A stretch of DNA of 64,000 bases from Prorocentrum cordatum (taxonomy: Eukaryota). The stretch lies in NCBI GenBank assembly GCA_963575745.1, contig CAUYUJ010000298.1:1-64000 (forward strand), in the 5' to 3' direction. Positions 60,424 to 64,000 of this stretch are shown here, one piece after another. The translations under genes and the position numbers were made by a program. Below the pieces are notes generated by a model. It was not told the DNA's origin, did no database searches, and saw nothing but the letters and a program-made list of their open reading frames with translations. Position 1 is the stretch's first letter; every line of letters begins with the position of its first letter.

Positions 60424-63400
60424 TTGGCCGAACCGGCCTTAAGAGACAAAGTGGTGACTTTGGGTCGGTTCTGCTAAGATTGATAAATATTTGACAATTC
60501 ATTTTAAGAAACCAGATTTTTCTCACGTGTAGTGGGTTATGCCTCGGCTGCCAGTTAAATTCTCATGTCGGTAGCTGCAATATTACTACCAGAAGACTTG
60601 CATGAACAGACTTTGGATGAAAACCGAAAAATCGTGTTTTTCGAGTTTCTCTGCTCTCGCTTCAGAAGCTTCCTTCATGTGCTCCGAGGAGCGCTGTGCA
60701 AGAAAAGAGCTCTACGAGGTGCCCGGCGATAACTTGGTTGACGGTAAACCGCCGGTTCCCCCTCCGGCGCGGGGTGGAGCTCGTAAGTCGTAGAGCTTCT
60801 CTGGGCAAATTGCTCGAACCTTAAAAGTAATTCCGGCGCGCTGCAGAGCTAGTAACTCGTAAAGCTTCTTTGAGCTAGTTGCTGGAAGCTTAAGAAAATA
60901 CCTCGTAGAGCTTTTCGGCATCGATGAGCTCGAGGAATTCCGGCGCGGGGTGGAGCTAGTACCTCGTTGAGCTCTTCGGCATCGATGAGCCGGAGGAATT
61001 CCGGCGCGGGGTGGAGCTAGTTCGCCGACCCGACCAGAAAGGACAATCTGATAACTTTTAGGTGGTTTTGCGAATATTTGAAAGATATTTGTCCATTCAT
61101 TTTGAGAAACCAGATTTTTCGCATCTGTAGACGACTATCAGGGCCTCTGCGTCTTGATATGAGCTCCCCAGGCGCACTTTACTATCAAAACACTTGGCGG
61201 AACCAACTTCGTGTCGACATCAAAATCATGAATTTTGATTCCTCCGAGAAATGATTTCAGAAGCTCTATCTTCCGACTCTGAGCACTCTTATTCGTGAAA
61301 AGAGCTCCGCGAGGTTCCTGGCGGTGACCAGGTTGACGGTTCACCGCTGGCGCCAGTACCTCGTAGAGCTCTTCAATCTCGATGAGCTGGAGGAATTCCG
61401 GCGCGGGGTGGAGCTGTACCTCGTAGAGCTCGTCGGCATCGATGAGCCAGAGGAATTCCGGCGCGGGGTGGAGCTTGCTGGTCGAGCCGACCAGAAAGGA
61501 CAATGTGGCAACTTTTGGTCGGTTTTCCGAATACCTCGTGGAGCTCTTCGGCAACGATGAGCTGGAGCAATTCCGCGCGGGGTGGAGCCAACTCTGGGTC
61601 GGTTTTGCTAAGATTTGAAATATATTTGACAATTCAGTTTGAGAAAGCAGATTTTCAGCACCTGTGAACGATTATGAGGGCCTCTGCGTCTTAATATGAG
61701 CTCTGTAGGCGCATATTTACCATCAAAACACTTGGCGGAACCAACTTCATATCGACATGAATAAAAACCAACTTTGCCTTTTTCGCGAAATGCTTCCAGA
61801 AGCTCTCTCTGTCGATTCTAAGCACTCTCACGCGTGGAAGGAGCTCTACGAGGTTCCCGGCGGTGACCAGGTTGACGGTTCACCGCCGGTGCCAATATTT
61901 GAAAGATATTTGACCATTTATTTTGAGAAAGCGGATTTTTCGCACCTGTAAAAGATTATGAGAGCCTCTGCGTCTTAATATGAGCTCTCTTGGCGCACTT
62001 TTACTACTGAAACACTTGGACCAACCTACTTCATTTCGACATGAAAAAAATGTTCAATTTTTCAAGAAATGCCTCCAGAAGCTCTCTTTTTGGACTCTGA
62101 GCTCTCGGGGAGCTCTACAGGGTTCCCGGCAGTGACCAGGTTGACGGTTCACCGCCGGCGCCAGTTGGTTGACCCGATCAGAAGGGACAAACTGATAACT
62201 TTTGGGTGGTTTTGCGAAAATTTGAAAGATATTTGACCATTTATTTCAAGAAAGCAGAATTTTACGCGTAGCATTAGTATCTAAACTTTATTCTGAAAGC
62301 AGATCAGCTCTCTGCAGAAAGTTTTACAATTCGAAAATGAGCGGGAACCGACGTCGGAGTTACATCGAAAAATAGAAAGTTGACGTTTTTCGAGAAAGGC
62401 CTGGAGAAACTGTCTGCTTCGATTCTGAGCACGGTCCACGAAACGAAGATGCAAAATTTGAAAAACAGATTTTTCGATATTTTTCTTTCACGCTTGAGAA
62501 AGCTTCTTTCGTGTGCTTCGAGCAGCGCCGCGCGAGAACAGAGCTCTACGAGGCTCCCGGCGGTTACCTGGTTGACGGTTTACCGCCGGATCCAGTTGGC
62601 CGACCCGACCAGAAGAGACAATGTGGCATTTTTGGGTCGGTTTTGCTAATATTTGAAAGATATTTGACCATTCATTTTGAAAAAGCAGATTTTTACGCCG
62701 ATTATTTTTCTGCTTTCAATCTAAGCACTCTTACGCGTGGAAAGAGCTCTACGAGGTTCCCGGCGGTGACCAGGTTGACGGTTCACCGCCGGCGCCAGCG
62801 CCTCGTAGAGCTCTTCGGCATCGATGAGCTGGAGGAATTCCGGCGCGGGGTGGAGCTGGTACCTCGTAGAGCTTTTCGACATCGATGAGCTAGAGGAATT
62901 CCGGCGCGGGGAGCTAGTTGATCGACCCGGCCAGAAAGGACAATGTGGCAACTTTGGGTCGTGAGAGCTCTGTAGGCGCACTTTTACTTTCGAAACACTT
63001 GGCGGAACCAACTTTATTTTGAGATGGAAAAAACTCAATGTTCAATTTTTTTCGAAAAATGCTTCCAGAAGCTCTCTCTTTCGGCCCTGAGCACTCTCAC
63101 GCGTGAAAGGAGCTCTACGAGGCTCCCGGCGGTGACCAGGTTGACGGTTCACCGCCGGTGCCAGTTGGCGGACCCGGCCTTAAGAGACAAAGTGGTGACT
63201 TTGGGTCGGTTTTGCTTCGATTTAAAAGATATTTGACCATTCATTTTGAGAGACCAGATTTTTCGCACCTGTAGTTGGTTATGCCGCGTCTGCCAGTCAA
63301 ATTCTCAGGCCCGTCTGTGCAGTATTACTATCAAAACACTTGGAACCGACTTGGATAAAAACAGAAAGACGTTTTTTTTTTGTTTCTCGATTTTTTCGTT

Positions 63401-64000
63401 TCTCGCTCTGGAAGCCTTCTTCATGTGTTTCGAGAAGCGCAGTGTGAGAAAAGAGCTCGACGAGGGTCCCGGCGGCAACCTGGTTGACGGTATACCGCTG
63501 GTTCCCAGTTTCGGCGTGCTGGAGAGCTAGTTCGCGAAAAGCTTCCAGAAGCTCTCTCTGTCGATTCTAAGCACTCTCACGCGTGGAAGGAGTTCTACGA
63601 GGTTCCCAGCGGTGACCAGGTTGACGGTTCACCGCCGGCGCCACTTCCGGCGGGCTGGAGAGCTAGTTGGCAAGAAAAATCTCGACGGACCTTCTGGTGA
63701 CTTTTGGTCGGTTGAAAATACCTCGTAGAGCTCTTCGTTATCGATGAGCTAAGAGGAATTCCGGCGCGGGGTGGAGCTAGTACCTCGTAGAGCTCTTCGT
63801 TATCGATGAGCAAGAGGAATTTCGGCGCGGGGTGGAGCTAGTTGGTCGACCCGACCAGAAAGGACAAAGTGGCAACTTTTGGGTGGTTTTGCGAATCTTT
63901 GAAAGATATTCGACCATTTATTTTGAGAAAACAGATTTTTTGCACCCGTGAATGACTATGAGGGCCTCTGCGTCTTTTCATGAGATCTTTAGGCGCACTT

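Larger units (their letters stand above)
4205..64000. repeat. Nested array of three non-autonomous Helitron2/Helentron-like families (F1, F2, F3)
   Basis: Dozens of recurring modules with fixed termini (5' T-ACCTCGTAGAGCTC, T-AACTCGTAGAGCTTCC, TTCCCGGAGAGCTC; 3' hairpin-CGC(C)CAG or CGCTA(C/T)CAAG). Several empty sites reconstruct exactly with no TSD. Confidence 0.85.

Noticed and set aside
4700..64000. Hundreds of 60-300 aa ORFs in the repeat array (e.g. 25431..26339, 32436..33257, 37228..38118, 56970..57650)
   Set aside because: They recur in all frames and on both strands, are broken by indels between copies, cross element junctions and show no recognisable domain. They are by-products of GC-rich repeats.
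4205..64000. Autonomous Helitron (RepHel) gene, rRNA or tRNA genes
   Set aside because: No long ORF with HUH or helicase motifs, and no rRNA or tRNA sequence recognised by eye.

Overview
Eukaryotic repeat-dense window with no recognisable cellular gene. Spliced-leader-like relics suggest a dinoflagellate host (inference). (1) 1-4207 (-): the 5' part of an apparently intact APE-type non-LTR retrotransposon. ORF1 and an 818-codon open ORF2 (missing from the ORF track because it runs off the window edge) lie in the same frame. They are separated by a single UGA-CGG followed by a stem-loop. The RT has WADN in place of YADD, and the 5' end carries a spliced-leader (SL) tail plus an SL relic. (2) 7741-9700 (-): a 1.96-kb retroposed insertion with an 11-bp TSD, SL-like 5' repeats and a 386-aa orphan ORF. 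(3) Nearly all of 4.2-64 kb is built from three related non-coding element families: F1 (~0.4 kb), F2 (~1.0-1.2 kb with internal 175-178-bp tandem monomers) and F3 (~0.33 kb). They show Helitron2/Helentron-type structure: 5' T, asymmetric 14-15-bp inverted repeats, 5' and 3' hairpins, a CCA(A)G end, and insertion before a T with no TSD. They insert into each other at preferred sites (CTAG^T, CCAG^T, A^T), giving bracket-matched nested stacks and long single-polarity arms that point away from a central 22-33 kb zone. No RepHel transposase is present. Almost all ORF-track ORFs beyond 4.2 kb are repeat artefacts. All analysis was done by eye, so element boundaries may be off by a few bases.
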